Below are positions 37,804 through 47,067 of a DNA stretch of 64,000 nucleotides, in pieces. The DNA is from Thermoanaerobaculia bacterium (GTDB lineage Bacteria; Acidobacteriota; Thermoanaerobaculia; UBA5066). The DNA lies in contig CAVRAY010000001.1 of the NCBI GenBank assembly GCA_963719225.1, positions 512,001 to 576,000 of the forward strand. The letters run 5' to 3'. Positions within the stretch are counted from its first letter, which is position 1. Each line of letters opens with the position of its first letter. A program made the position numbers and the translations under genes. The notes below the pieces were generated by a model, which saw nothing but the letters and a program-made list of their open reading frames with translations, was not told where the DNA came from and did not search any database.

Positions 37804-40101
37804 GTGGAGGTGCAAGGCCGCGGGACGATGGGACGGACGGCGCTCCTGGGCGGCGCCCTGGGACTGGCGTTCGCAAGCCTCCTTCTCGTCCGCTGCATCC
37901 TCACGGGGGGTGTACCGGCTCGAGGCGATCTTGCCGACTTCTTCTGGCCGATGAAGGCATACACCGCCGCGCGATGGCCTTCGGGAGTGCCGCTCTGGAA
38001 TCCCCTTTCGGGCTGCGGTGAGCCCTGGCTCGCGCAGCTTCAAACGGGAGTCTTCAACCCCGGAGACCTGCCGTTTCTGCTTCCGGGTGCCGCTGGCCCT
38101 CTTCTCGGAATCGCGCTCCACCTCGCGATCGCCGCGGCCGGAATGGCGGCCTGGCTATCGGCGCTCGGCACATCGCGCGCGGGCGCTCTCCTCGGGGCCG
38201 GTGTCTTTGCGGGAGGAGGCGCTTTTCTCTCCCTGGGGCTCGTGTACAACAACTTCGAAACGGCCGCCTTCCTGCCCTGGCTGTTCCTGTCGGCGCGGCA
38301 CGCGGCACGCGGCGGCTCGCCCGCAGGGCTCGCCGTCTCCCTCGCCCTCGCGTTTCTGGGCGGCGAGCCGGCCCTGGCCGCCGCCGGCGCGATGGCCGCG
38401 ACGTTCGTCGCGTTCGCAACGCAGCGCGACGAGCCGGGCCCGCCCCCGCGCGGCCTTCGGGGAGGCTCGCGCCTTCTGGGAGGGCTCGTTCTCGGCGCGG
38501 GCCTCACGGCCGCCGCCGCGATTCCGTTCCTGGAATACGCCGTGTCGTCCGGCCGGATCGCGGGCGTGACGAAGAAAGAAGCTCTCGCGCGACCGGTCGG
38601 CGCCTCGGACCTCGTCGACCTCGTCCTTCCGCCCACCGACGCCCTCCTCTTTCGACCGTCGGAAGGCCGTGGGGGATACCTCACGACCCTCGCCCTCTCG
38701 CCGCTCGTCCTCCTTCTCGCGGCGGGGTCGGGCGCAGGGTTCGCGGCCCGTCCCCGCCTCCTCGGCGCGCTGACGATCCTCGGTCTCGCGGGCTTCCTCC
38801 TCGCGCTCGGGGCGCGCGGCGGAATCCTCCCTTTGCTTTGGGACGTGGGGCTCGCGAAGGGCCTTCGGTTCCCCGCGCGCTGGTTCGTCCTGACGCACCT
38901 CGCGCTCTCGGGCCTCGCGGGGGCGGGCCTCGACGGTTGGCTGCACGGACGGGTCTTCGGATGGCCAAAAGGTCGTGCCCCCGAGGAGGGCGCAGACGCG
39001 TCGCCGTCCGCCGTCTCGCGCCTCGCCCCCGTCCTGGTCTTCGGCGCGGCGGCTGCTGCGCTCCTCGGCGCCGGAGCGGTCTCCGGACGTCTGACGGGTC
39101 TTTCCGCCTGGGCGGCGCTCGTCGGAGCGGGAGCCGGCGCTTCTGTTCTGGCGTCCGCGCGCGCCACCGGTCGCCCCGGCGCTTCCCTCGCGGGGCCGTT
39201 CCTCGTGGCGATCGTGACGTTGCCTCTCGTTCCGGCATCGGCGGGACTCTTCGCGCCGACGCCCCTGACGCGACCTCCTTCCGCCGTCGCGGATCTGGGC
39301 CGAACACCGGGCCGCGTGTTCCCGGTGGTCTCGGACGCACCCTTGCTCGCGGCATTGGCGCGTGAAGCCGGCGGAGAATGGGGCGGCGCGTCGGGTGTGC
39401 GCGCGCGTGCCGCTCTCTCCGGCTACACGAACCTCCCGCTCGGGATTTCCTCGGCCGCCTCACCGTCCCCGATCGGAAATCCCCGCTTGACGCGCTTCCT
39501 CGGAGCGGCGCTTTCGGGAGGAGACGTGGAGACCATCCTCGCCCTTGCGGACGTACGGCACGTGGTGTCTCCGTTCCCGACGACCATCCCCGGCCTTCGG
39601 CTCGAACGGCACGAAGCGGGGATCCGCATTTACGCTCTCTCGCGTTCGTTCGGTCGCGTGTTTTTCGCACGCGCGGCCCTTGAAGCGGACGACGATGCGG
39701 CTTTTCGCACGCTTGCCACGCCTCTCTTCGACGCGGAGGCGGTCGTCCTTCTCGCGCCGCCCTCGGGGCCCCTTCCCGCTCCCCGCGCGGGCCGGACGTT
39801 CTCGGTCGCGCGGGTCGTCACGGACGTGCCCGAGGCCCTGGCGGTGGACACGGAGGCCTCCGAGACGGGTTATCTCGTCGTCACGCGCTCGCACGGACCT
39901 GGATGGAAAGCACGCGTGGACGGAACGGAAGTCCCGCTCCGGCGGGCGGATCTCGCTTTCTCGGCCGTGCTCGTGCCCGCGGGTGCGCATCGCATCGAGC
40001 TCTCCTACCGCCCGACCTCGTTCCGAGTCGGCGCGGCTGTCTCCGTGACGTCGCTCGTCATCCTCGCCGGCCTTCTCCTCGCGGGCCAGAGGCCCTCGTG
40101 A
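37804..40101 (+). CDS. YfhO-family polytopic membrane protein (GT-C-like glycosyltransferase)
   Basis: GD...FWP, PLWNP..GCG.P, LRFPARW and C-terminal PGWKA.VDG...VPAG.H.IEL.Y.P; may start at ATG 37828. Confidence 0.8.
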   Translation: MEVQGRGTMGRTALLGGALGLAFASLLLVRCILTGGVPARGDLADFFWPMKAYTAARWPSGVPLWNPLSGCGEPWLAQLQTGVFNPGDLPFLLPGAAGPLLGIALHLAIAAAGMAAWLSALGTSRAGALLGAGVFAGGGAFLSLGLVYNNFETAAFLPWLFLSARHAARGGSPAGLAVSLALAFLGGEPALAAAGAMAATFVAFATQRDEPGPPPRGLRGGSRLLGGLVLGAGLTAAAAIPFLEYAVSSGRIAGVTKKEALARPVGASDLVDLVLPPTDALLFRPSEGRGGYLTTLALSPLVLLLAAGSGAGFAARPRLLGALTILGLAGFLLALGARGGILPLLWDVGLAKGLRFPARWFVLTHLALSGLAGAGLDGWLHGRVFGWPKGRAPEEGADASPSAVSRLAPVLVFGAAAAALLGAGAVSGRLTGLSAWAALVGAGAGASVLASARATGRPGASLAGPFLVAIVTLPLVPASAGLFAPTPLTRPPSAVADLGRTPGRVFPVVSDAPLLAALAREAGGEWGGASGVRARAALSGYTNLPLGISSAASPSPIGNPRLTRFLGAALSGGDVETILALADVRHVVSPFPTTIPGLRLERHEAGIRIYALSRSFGRVFFARAALEADDDAAFRTLATPLFDAEAVVLLAPPSGPLPAPRAGRTFSVARVVTDVPEALAVDTEASETGYLVVTRSHGPGWKARVDGTEVPLRRADLAFSAVLVPAGAHRIELSYRPTSFRVGAAVSVTSLVILAGLLLAGQRPS

Positions 40102-41276
40102 ACGCGGCCGATGGCGTCCTTCTGTGCTTCTTCTTCGCGACGGGGGCCGTCGTAGGATCGTTCGCGAACGTCTGCATCCACCGCCTGCCGCGAGGAGCCT
40201 CGGTCGTCCACCCGGGCTCGCACTGTCCGGCCTGTGGCGCCGCCATCGCTTTCTACGACAACGTCCCGCTCGTGTCCTGGCTCGTGCTCCGCGGCCGATG
40301 CCGCGGGTGCGGAGCTCCCATTCGCGTCCGCTACCCGGCCGTCGAGCTGCTCGTCGCGCTCCTTTTCCTCGCCGCGGGTCTCCTCTACGGACCCACGCTC
40401 GTCGCAGCCTCCGCGGCGATTCTCTCGGCAGCGTGCGTGATCCTCGCGGCCACCGATCTCGAGGCGCGCACGCTGCCCGACGAAGTGACGTTCTCGACGC
40501 TCGGGTGCGGGCTGCTTCTTGCGGCGCTTCGCGACCACGCGGCTCGAAGCCCGGATCGTCCTTCCGCCTTCCGCTTCGCGGAGAGCCATTTCTTCGAGGC
40601 GCTGCTGGGAGCGTTCCTGGGAGCGGTTTTTCTGGAAGGTGTGAGGCGCGCCTACGCGAGACTGCGCGGCCAGGAAGGGATGGGCGGCGGCGACGTGAAG
40701 ATGCTCGCGATGGCGGGAGCGTTCACCGGGCCCGCAGGCGTCTTTTTCACGCTCCTTTTCGCGTCTCTCGCGGGCACGGCGCTGGCGGGCGGCGCGGCGG
40801 CCGTACGAGCGCTCAACTGGTCTCTCGAAGCGCGGCGCGCGCGGCGCTCATCCTCCTCGGCCCGTGCGGTTGCCGCGCGAGCCGGACTTCTGGTCGGCGA
40901 GAACGGCCTCGTCCTCGCGGCCTCCGCCCGCTTTCGGGAGATTCCCGGAGCGGCGGCGGAGGGAACCCGGCTCACGGCGGATTTCCCCACGGCCGGGCGC
41001 CTTCTCGCGTTCGTGCGGCTGGCGCGGACGCGGGCGCGGCGCGGGGCGCGAACGGCGCACGGACGCATTGCGCTGGACGACGGGGCGGCTTTTTTCCGGG
41101 TCCTCGCGGCACGCGCCGAGCCGACGCCGGCAGGACTACTCGTCCTCCTCGCCCGTGCCGACGTGCCGTTCGGCGTGTTTCTCGCGTGCGGGGCGCTCGC
41201 GGCTTTCGTGGCCGGTCGCGCGCTCTGGGAAGTGGTGGCCGGAGCCCTGCCGTGGATCCCGAGGCTCCTGCCGTGA
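40098..41276 (+). CDS. pilD: Prepilin peptidase/N-methyltransferase (A24A) with ~119-aa insertion
   Basis: GSFANVCIHRLP, CPAC and CRGC, TD.E...LPD, GMGGGDVK, VPFG; GTGA overlaps on both sides. Confidence 0.92.
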   Translation: MNAADGVLLCFFFATGAVVGSFANVCIHRLPRGASVVHPGSHCPACGAAIAFYDNVPLVSWLVLRGRCRGCGAPIRVRYPAVELLVALLFLAAGLLYGPTLVAASAAILSAACVILAATDLEARTLPDEVTFSTLGCGLLLAALRDHAARSPDRPSAFRFAESHFFEALLGAFLGAVFLEGVRRAYARLRGQEGMGGGDVKMLAMAGAFTGPAGVFFTLLFASLAGTALAGGAAAVRALNWSLEARRARRSSSSARAVAARAGLLVGENGLVLAASARFREIPGAAAEGTRLTADFPTAGRLLAFVRLARTRARRGARTAHGRIALDDGAAFFRVLAARAEPTPAGLLVLLARADVPFGVFLACGALAAFVAGRALWEVVAGALPWIPRLLP

Positions 41277-43051
41277 CGGATCGCACGTTCGAGCGCGAGG
41301 TCCGCAACGTGATCGTCGGCGGTCTCGCGACGGTGCTTTTTCTCGCCGGGACCGCGGTCGTCGTCCTCCGGAACACCGTGGCATGGGGAGTGAGCGAAAA
41401 CCTGCGCCGCCTGACGGGGGAGACCGACGTCCTCGCGAACCGAATCGGCTCGGCACCCGACCCCGAGACGGCGCTCGTGTCTGATCCCCTCGTGGCACGC
41501 CTTCTCCGCGACGCGAACGCGCGCAGCGCCGCGATTTACGACGCGCAGGGTCGGCGCGTCGCCGATGCGCCCTTCCTCCCGGACGCGGGACTCGCGCCCG
41601 TGGCGGTGACACCGGCGGGAGGGCTGCCTTCTCTCCAGCCTCTCGTCGACGCGGCCGGCGGCGCTTCCCCCTCCATCACCGTTGCCCTTCCCGACGCGAC
41701 CCGAATGCTGCGGATCGTCTGGGACGGCACGTCGATCGCCGAAGCGCGCCGGAACGCCCGCATCCTCTCGATCGCGGTGCCCGCGGCCGCATTCGTCCTC
41801 GTCCTCCTCGTCGTGCCGTTCCTGAGGCGTCTCCTCGAACCGATCGACGCGCTCACTCAGGCCGCTCGGGGGGCCGGCGGGCTCGTCCCGGCCGTGCGTG
41901 CCGGCGGCGACGAAGCCGAGACGGCGATCGCGACGTTCCAACGGACGGTCGAGGAGCTGAAAAAACGCACCGCCGAGCTGGAAGGGCTCCGCAGCTCCGA
42001 AAAGCGGCGCGCCGACATCCTCGCGGTCACGGCCGACACTCTCGTGAGGTCGCATCCCGGCGGGCTCCTCGTCGTGGACGCCGCAGGCCGCCTGACGCAG
42101 GCGAACGTTCCGGCCCGCGAGCTCCTCGGTCTCTCCGAGGAGAGTCTCGGCTCCGCGGCCGCGGAAGCCGCGCTCGACGCGGTGCCCGCGATCCGAGAGG
42201 CGGCGCAGAGCGCTCGGGCCGGCACGCCGACGCTGTCGAAGGAGCTCGCGTTCGGAGAGGGAACCGACGCCCGCCTCGTCGAGCTCACGGCGGTCCCGAT
42301 CCTGGATTCCTCGAAGGCGGTCCTGGGCGTGCTCCTCTTCCTCGAGGACCGGACGACGACGAGGCGCCTCGAGCGCGAGCTGTCGTCCCGCCGCGAGCTG
42401 GCGGCGCTCGGCGAGATGTCGGCGGGAATCGCGCACGAGTTCCGGAACGCGACGGGAACGATCCTCGGGTGGGCGCGTCTCGCCGCGAAGACGGAGGATG
42501 CCGCTTCCCGGGCCCGCCAGCTCGAGGCGATCCAGGCGGAGGCCGAGCACGTCGCGCGCGTGACGGGCGATTTTCTCTTCTTCGGCCGGCCCGAGCGGCT
42601 CGAGGCGGGGCCGTGCGACCTGCGCGCCCTCGCGCTCGAGATCGCCGACGAGCAGCGTGCGCTGACGCCAGGCGTCGTGGTCGAGGTGATCGGAACGTTT
42701 TCCCCGGCGTTCGCCGACGCCGCTCTCGTTCGCCGCGCGCTCGTGAACCTCGTGAAGAACGCGTGCGAGGCCGCGGCGGCGGGCCCGCGCGCGGGGCGCG
42801 TGGCGCTGCGCGGCGAAGGCGAAGCGGCCGGGTTCGTCAGGATCGCCGTCGAGGACGACGGCTCAGGCGTGCCCGACGAGGCGGCGGCAAAGCTCTTCGT
42901 TCCGTTCTTCTCGACGAAGGACACGGGGACGGGGCTCGGCCTCGCCATGGTCGCGAAGATCGTCGCGCTCCACGCCGGCACGATCTCGGTGGGGCGCTCG
43001 TCGGGCCTCTCGGGGGCGCGGTTCGCGCTCGAGTTCCCCGCCGTGCCCTGA
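41273..43051 (+). CDS. Sensor histidine kinase with PAS domain (PilS/NtrB-like)
   Basis: Two TM segments, HAMP-like linker, PAS (GLLVVDAAGR..AN), AHEFRN H-box, NLVKNA, DDGSG, PFFSTK..GTGLGL. Confidence 0.92.
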   Translation: MTDRTFEREVRNVIVGGLATVLFLAGTAVVVLRNTVAWGVSENLRRLTGETDVLANRIGSAPDPETALVSDPLVARLLRDANARSAAIYDAQGRRVADAPFLPDAGLAPVAVTPAGGLPSLQPLVDAAGGASPSITVALPDATRMLRIVWDGTSIAEARRNARILSIAVPAAAFVLVLLVVPFLRRLLEPIDALTQAARGAGGLVPAVRAGGDEAETAIATFQRTVEELKKRTAELEGLRSSEKRRADILAVTADTLVRSHPGGLLVVDAAGRLTQANVPARELLGLSEESLGSAAAEAALDAVPAIREAAQSARAGTPTLSKELAFGEGTDARLVELTAVPILDSSKAVLGVLLFLEDRTTTRRLERELSSRRELAALGEMSAGIAHEFRNATGTILGWARLAAKTEDAASRARQLEAIQAEAEHVARVTGDFLFFGRPERLEAGPCDLRALALEIADEQRALTPGVVVEVIGTFSPAFADAALVRRALVNLVKNACEAAAAGPRAGRVALRGEGEAAGFVRIAVEDDGSGVPDEAAAKLFVPFFSTKDTGTGLGLAMVAKIVALHAGTISVGRSSGLSGARFALEFPAVP

Positions 43052-43062
43052 ACGCGCCCGAC

Positions 43063-44202
43063 TCAGCCGGCGGCGGCGGAAGCGGCGGGCCGCGCGGCCG
43101 CCGTCTTCCTCTTCTCCACGAGGGCCTTGAACGCTTCCTTGTCGAGCGCCTTCTCGAGCGCGTCGTCCGGGTCCACCGTCGCCGCCACGACGAGGTCGGC
43201 GAGATACTGGTCCATCCCGATCATCCCGGCGTTGCGGCCCGTCTGGATGAGCGTCGTGATCATGTTCGTCTTTCCCTCGCGGATGCTGTTCGAGAGCGCG
43301 GAGGATCCGCGGAGCACCTCGAAAGCGGGAGCGCGGCCGCCCCCCTTCTTCTTCAGGAGAACCTGGGCGACGACGGCTTTCAGCACCTCGGCGAGGACGG
43401 TACGAGTCTGCTCCTGCTCCTCGGCAGGGAAGCTGTCGATGAGGCGGTCCACGGCCTTCGACGCCGAGTTCGTGTGGAGCGTCCCGAAGACGAGGAGTCC
43501 CGTCTCGGCCGCCTGAAGAGCCATCGACATCGTCTCGAGGTCGCGGAGCTCGCCGACGAGAACGACGTCCGGGTCTTCCCGGAGCGCCGCCTTCAGCGCG
43601 CCGGCGAACGTCGGCGTGTCGAAACCGAGCTCGCGGTGCGAGATCAGCGACTTCTGCGGCACGTGGAGGAACTCGACGGGATCCTCGATCGTCACGATGT
43701 GCGAAGCGCGGGTCCGGTTGATCCAGTCGAGAAGGGCCGCGAGGGTCGTGGACTTTCCCGAGCCCGTCGGGCCGGTCACGAGGACGAGGCCCCGCGGGAC
43801 GCGGGCGACGTTCGAGACGATCGGGGGCAGCCCCAGCTCCTCGATCCCGAGGACCTTCGGCGGGATCATGCGCAGGACCGCCCCCGATCCGTGCTCCTGG
43901 CGAAAGAGATTGACGCGGAAGCGCGCGATCTTGCCCATCGCGTAGGCGAAGTCGGCATCGCCCGTCTCCTGCCAGTCCTTGAAAGGCTTCTCGGGAGCGA
44001 TCGGCGCGATGAGGCTCTCGTATTCTTCCTCGGTCAGCGTGCGCCACTTGAGCCTCTGGAGATCCCCGTCCACGCGGACGATCGGCGGCGATCCCACGGC
44101 GAGATGGAGATCCGAGGCTTTCTTGTCGACGACGATCCTGAGGAGCGTGTCGATCCGGTTGATCCCCATGTCCGAGGGGGCGGGCGCGGCCGGCTTCGTC
44201 AT
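43063..44202 (-). CDS. pilT: PilT-family pilus retraction ATPase
   Basis: ASDLHL, RFRVN, GPTGSGKST, EDPVE, DPDVVLVGELRD, TLHT, ALSNSIRE. Confidence 0.93.
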   Translation of the reverse strand: MTKPAAPAPSDMGINRIDTLLRIVVDKKASDLHLAVGSPPIVRVDGDLQRLKWRTLTEEEYESLIAPIAPEKPFKDWQETGDADFAYAMGKIARFRVNLFRQEHGSGAVLRMIPPKVLGIEELGLPPIVSNVARVPRGLVLVTGPTGSGKSTTLAALLDWINRTRASHIVTIEDPVEFLHVPQKSLISHRELGFDTPTFAGALKAALREDPDVVLVGELRDLETMSMALQAAETGLLVFGTLHTNSASKAVDRLIDSFPAEEQEQTRTVLAEVLKAVVAQVLLKKKGGGRAPAFEVLRGSSALSNSIREGKTNMITTLIQTGRNAGMIGMDQYLADLVVAATVDPDDALEKALDKEAFKALVEKRKTAAARPAASAAAG

Positions 44203-46724
44203 TCGAGGGCCTGCTTCTCGTCGGCGATGAGCTTCTCGAAAGGCTCCTTCTTGAGCGCTTTCTCGACGGCGATCTCGGGGTCGACCTTCCCGTCCTCGCA
44301 GAGCTTCTGGAGCGACTGGTCCATGGTCATCATGCCGGCCATCTGGCCCGTCTGGAGCTGGGACGGGAGCTGATGCGTCTTGCCTTCTCGAATCAGCGAC
44401 GCCACCGCTGCGGTCGAGCGGAGGATCTCGAAGGCGGCGACGCGACCCGCGAATCCTCGACGCGGAAGGAGGACCTGGGAGACGACCGCCTTCAGCGAAT
44501 CCGAGAGCATCACGCGCACCTGTCCCTGCTGCCCGGCGGGGAACGAGCTGATGATACGGTCGATCGTCGCGGGCGCGTTCGTCGTGTGAAGGGTGCCGAG
44601 CACGAGGTGGCCCGTCTCCGAGGCCGTGATCGCGAGCGCGATCGTCTCGAGATCGCGCATTTCGCCCACGAGGATGACGTCCGGGTCCTCGCGAAGGGCC
44701 GCCTTGAGCGCCCGCGCGAACGAGGCCGTGTGGTGAGGAACCTGGCGCTGGTTCACCATCGCTTCCTTGTTCGGGTGGACGAACTCCACGGGATCCTCGA
44801 CCGTGATGATGTGGCAGGGACGCGTCTCGTTGATGCGGTCGATCAGCGCGGCGAGCGTCGTGGACTTTCCGCATCCGGACGAGCCCGTCACGAGGACGAG
44901 GCCCTGCGAAAACTTGAGGACGTCCGACAGGGACGGGGGAAGTCCGATCTCCTCGATCGTCGGAATGGTCTTCGGCACGAGCCGGAAGCAGGCGTCGAAC
45001 CCCCCGCGCTGGGAGTAGAAGTTCGCGCGGAAGCGCCCAAGCCCCGGGAGCTTCAGGCAGACGTCGATCTGCCTTTCGCGCTCGAGCCGCTTCCACTCGG
45101 TCTCGTCGAGCACTTCCCGGATGAGCTGGGTGGCGCGCGCACGCGTCATCGGCGGCGCGTCCACCGGCTCGAGCATGCCCTGCATCCGACGGTGCGGGAC
45201 GAATCCGGTCGCGAGATGGAGGTCCGAGGCTCCGCGCTGGACCATGTCGGCCAGGTACTCGACGAGCCGCGCGTTCTGGTTGCCGGCCAGCTCGACGGTG
45301 GCCACTTCCTGCTCGATCTCGGGGAGGGCGTCGCGCGCGTCGTCGCCCATGAGCCTGCCGACGAGGCGGCGGGCCCGCTCCCTCACCGCCTGGTCGAGCT
45401 GCGCCATCTGGACGACCCTCGAGCAGATCGTGACGACCTGCTGCTGGACGCGCGCCTCGGCCACGGCGAGCTTTCCCATCGCGTCGAGGATCTCCATCTG
45501 GACGTCGGGACGCGTGACGGCGCCCTTGAACGCGTCGAGAAGCGGCTGCGCGGCGCGTGCGTCGGCGAGCTCCCCGAGCGCGGAGGCCGCCGCGATGACG
45601 ACCTCGGGATCCTTGAGAGCCTGGAGGAGGCGCGCGAGGACCTGATCGTTTCCCTGTCCGGTTCGCCCCAGCGTCTCGATGGCGCGCGTCCTCACCCAGA
45701 GGTCGGGATCGTCGACGAGCTTGATCCACACGGGAAGAGCCTTGGCGTCATTGAGCGCGAGCGTCATCTCCGAAGCGGCCTTCGCGAACGCGGGATCCGC
45801 GTCCCTCGTGAGCAGGAGAAGGGCGTTCACGAAGCCGGGGAGGCCGTCCCGGGCGGCCTCGACGGCGCGGTCCCTCACCCAGACGAAGGCGCCGCGGAAG
45901 TGCTCGAGGATCCGGCGCGCGAGGAGCTCCGGTGCGTAGGGCATGAGGAGGTTCACGGCGCCGTGTCGCACGATGGCGTTCCCGTCCGCAAGAAGGGGAA
46001 CGATCTCGGGCGTGTGGTCCTGCTTGGCCGTCGTGAGGAGTCGCTTGAGGGCCGAGAAAGACGCTTCCGCCACGCGTCCTCCGCCCGTCCGCGCCATCTG
46101 GAGGACGTCGGGGAAGTAGCTCTCGTTCGGGTTCTTCTCGAGGACCGCGAGGGCCGAGTAGCGGATCTCCTCGTTCTCGTCCTGAAGCAGCGGGACGGCG
46201 AGGCTCGCCGCCACGGCCGCGCTGCCCTCGAACGTCATCTCGCCCACCGCTTTGAGGGCGCGCGCGCGCACGGCGGGATTGGACGCGGTGAGCACGCGGC
46301 GCGCGATGTCGAACGACGCTTCGGCGGGAAGCTCTTTGGCGAGCTCGAGGGCGGCGAGACGGGCGAAGTCGTCCCCCCGCGATCCGATCTCCTGCAGGAA
46401 CGGCCCGAGCTGCGGACCCGCGAGCTCCTTGAGGAAACGCATGACGGCGCGCCGCACGGCTTCCGAACGCGTCTTCAGGAGCGGAACGAGCGCCTCGAGG
46501 CCGGCACGATCGCGCCGCCGCCTGAGAATGGCGAGGCCTGCCGCCCGGATCTCGGGAATCGGCTCGAGCGCCGTCCAGACGAGCCACTCGACGTCCGGCT
46601 TGGTGATGGCGTAGAACTTCTCGAGGAGCTCTCTCTTTTGCTCCTCGCTCGTCCACTTGTGTTCCCGAAGCTGGGCGACGACGGCAGGCTCCGACCGCAG
46701 GCCGCGCAGCTTCTCGAGAACCAT
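44199..46724 (-). CDS. HEAT-repeat-PilT ATPase fusion protein
   Basis: About 480 aa of HEAT/PBS-like repeats (VRRAV, VRARAL, IRYSAL, VRHGAV, VRDRAV, VRTRAI) then a full PilT domain (ASDLHL, GSSGCGKST, GEMRD, TGHLV.GTLHT). ATG 46724 after GGAGAGG. Confidence 0.9.
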   Translation of the reverse strand: MVLEKLRGLRSEPAVVAQLREHKWTSEEQKRELLEKFYAITKPDVEWLVWTALEPIPEIRAAGLAILRRRRDRAGLEALVPLLKTRSEAVRRAVMRFLKELAGPQLGPFLQEIGSRGDDFARLAALELAKELPAEASFDIARRVLTASNPAVRARALKAVGEMTFEGSAAVAASLAVPLLQDENEEIRYSALAVLEKNPNESYFPDVLQMARTGGGRVAEASFSALKRLLTTAKQDHTPEIVPLLADGNAIVRHGAVNLLMPYAPELLARRILEHFRGAFVWVRDRAVEAARDGLPGFVNALLLLTRDADPAFAKAASEMTLALNDAKALPVWIKLVDDPDLWVRTRAIETLGRTGQGNDQVLARLLQALKDPEVVIAAASALGELADARAAQPLLDAFKGAVTRPDVQMEILDAMGKLAVAEARVQQQVVTICSRVVQMAQLDQAVRERARRLVGRLMGDDARDALPEIEQEVATVELAGNQNARLVEYLADMVQRGASDLHLATGFVPHRRMQGMLEPVDAPPMTRARATQLIREVLDETEWKRLERERQIDVCLKLPGLGRFRANFYSQRGGFDACFRLVPKTIPTIEEIGLPPSLSDVLKFSQGLVLVTGSSGCGKSTTLAALIDRINETRPCHIITVEDPVEFVHPNKEAMVNQRQVPHHTASFARALKAALREDPDVILVGEMRDLETIALAITASETGHLVLGTLHTTNAPATIDRIISSFPAGQQGQVRVMLSDSLKAVVSQVLLPRRGFAGRVAAFEILRSTAAVASLIREGKTHQLPSQLQTGQMAGMMTMDQSLQKLCEDGKVDPEIAVEKALKKEPFEKLIADEKQALE

Positions 46725-47034
46725 CAGCCCCTCTCCATGGTCCGCTATCGTAGCTCGCGCGCAGCGGGCTGCGCCCGCGCCCGGAGAAGGGGCGCGCGAG
46801 CATCTGCCATTTCGCAGGGAAACCCCGCCCGGGTTTCCCTGCACCTTTCCTCGCGCCGGAGACACGTTTGATTACCCGCCGTTCGGTGTCGGTGCTCGCC
46901 GGGAATCGTCCGCCACCGGTCAGCGTGTGTTACGAAATGTGTCGATTCGATCGACGCATTCGCTCTGGACCTGAGGGGGGACTACGGGTATAAGATCCCT
47001 GCCACGAGTCGTTTGGCTGTCAGAATCGGATTGC

Positions 47035-47048
47035 GGCACGGACCTCGC
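47035..47048 (+). promoter_or_regulatory. Putative sigma54 promoter of the minor-pilin operon
   Basis: GGCACG-GACC-TCGC (GG-N10-GC). Confidence 0.45.
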
Positions 47049-47067
47049 TTTGGAAAGGCGGATCTCC

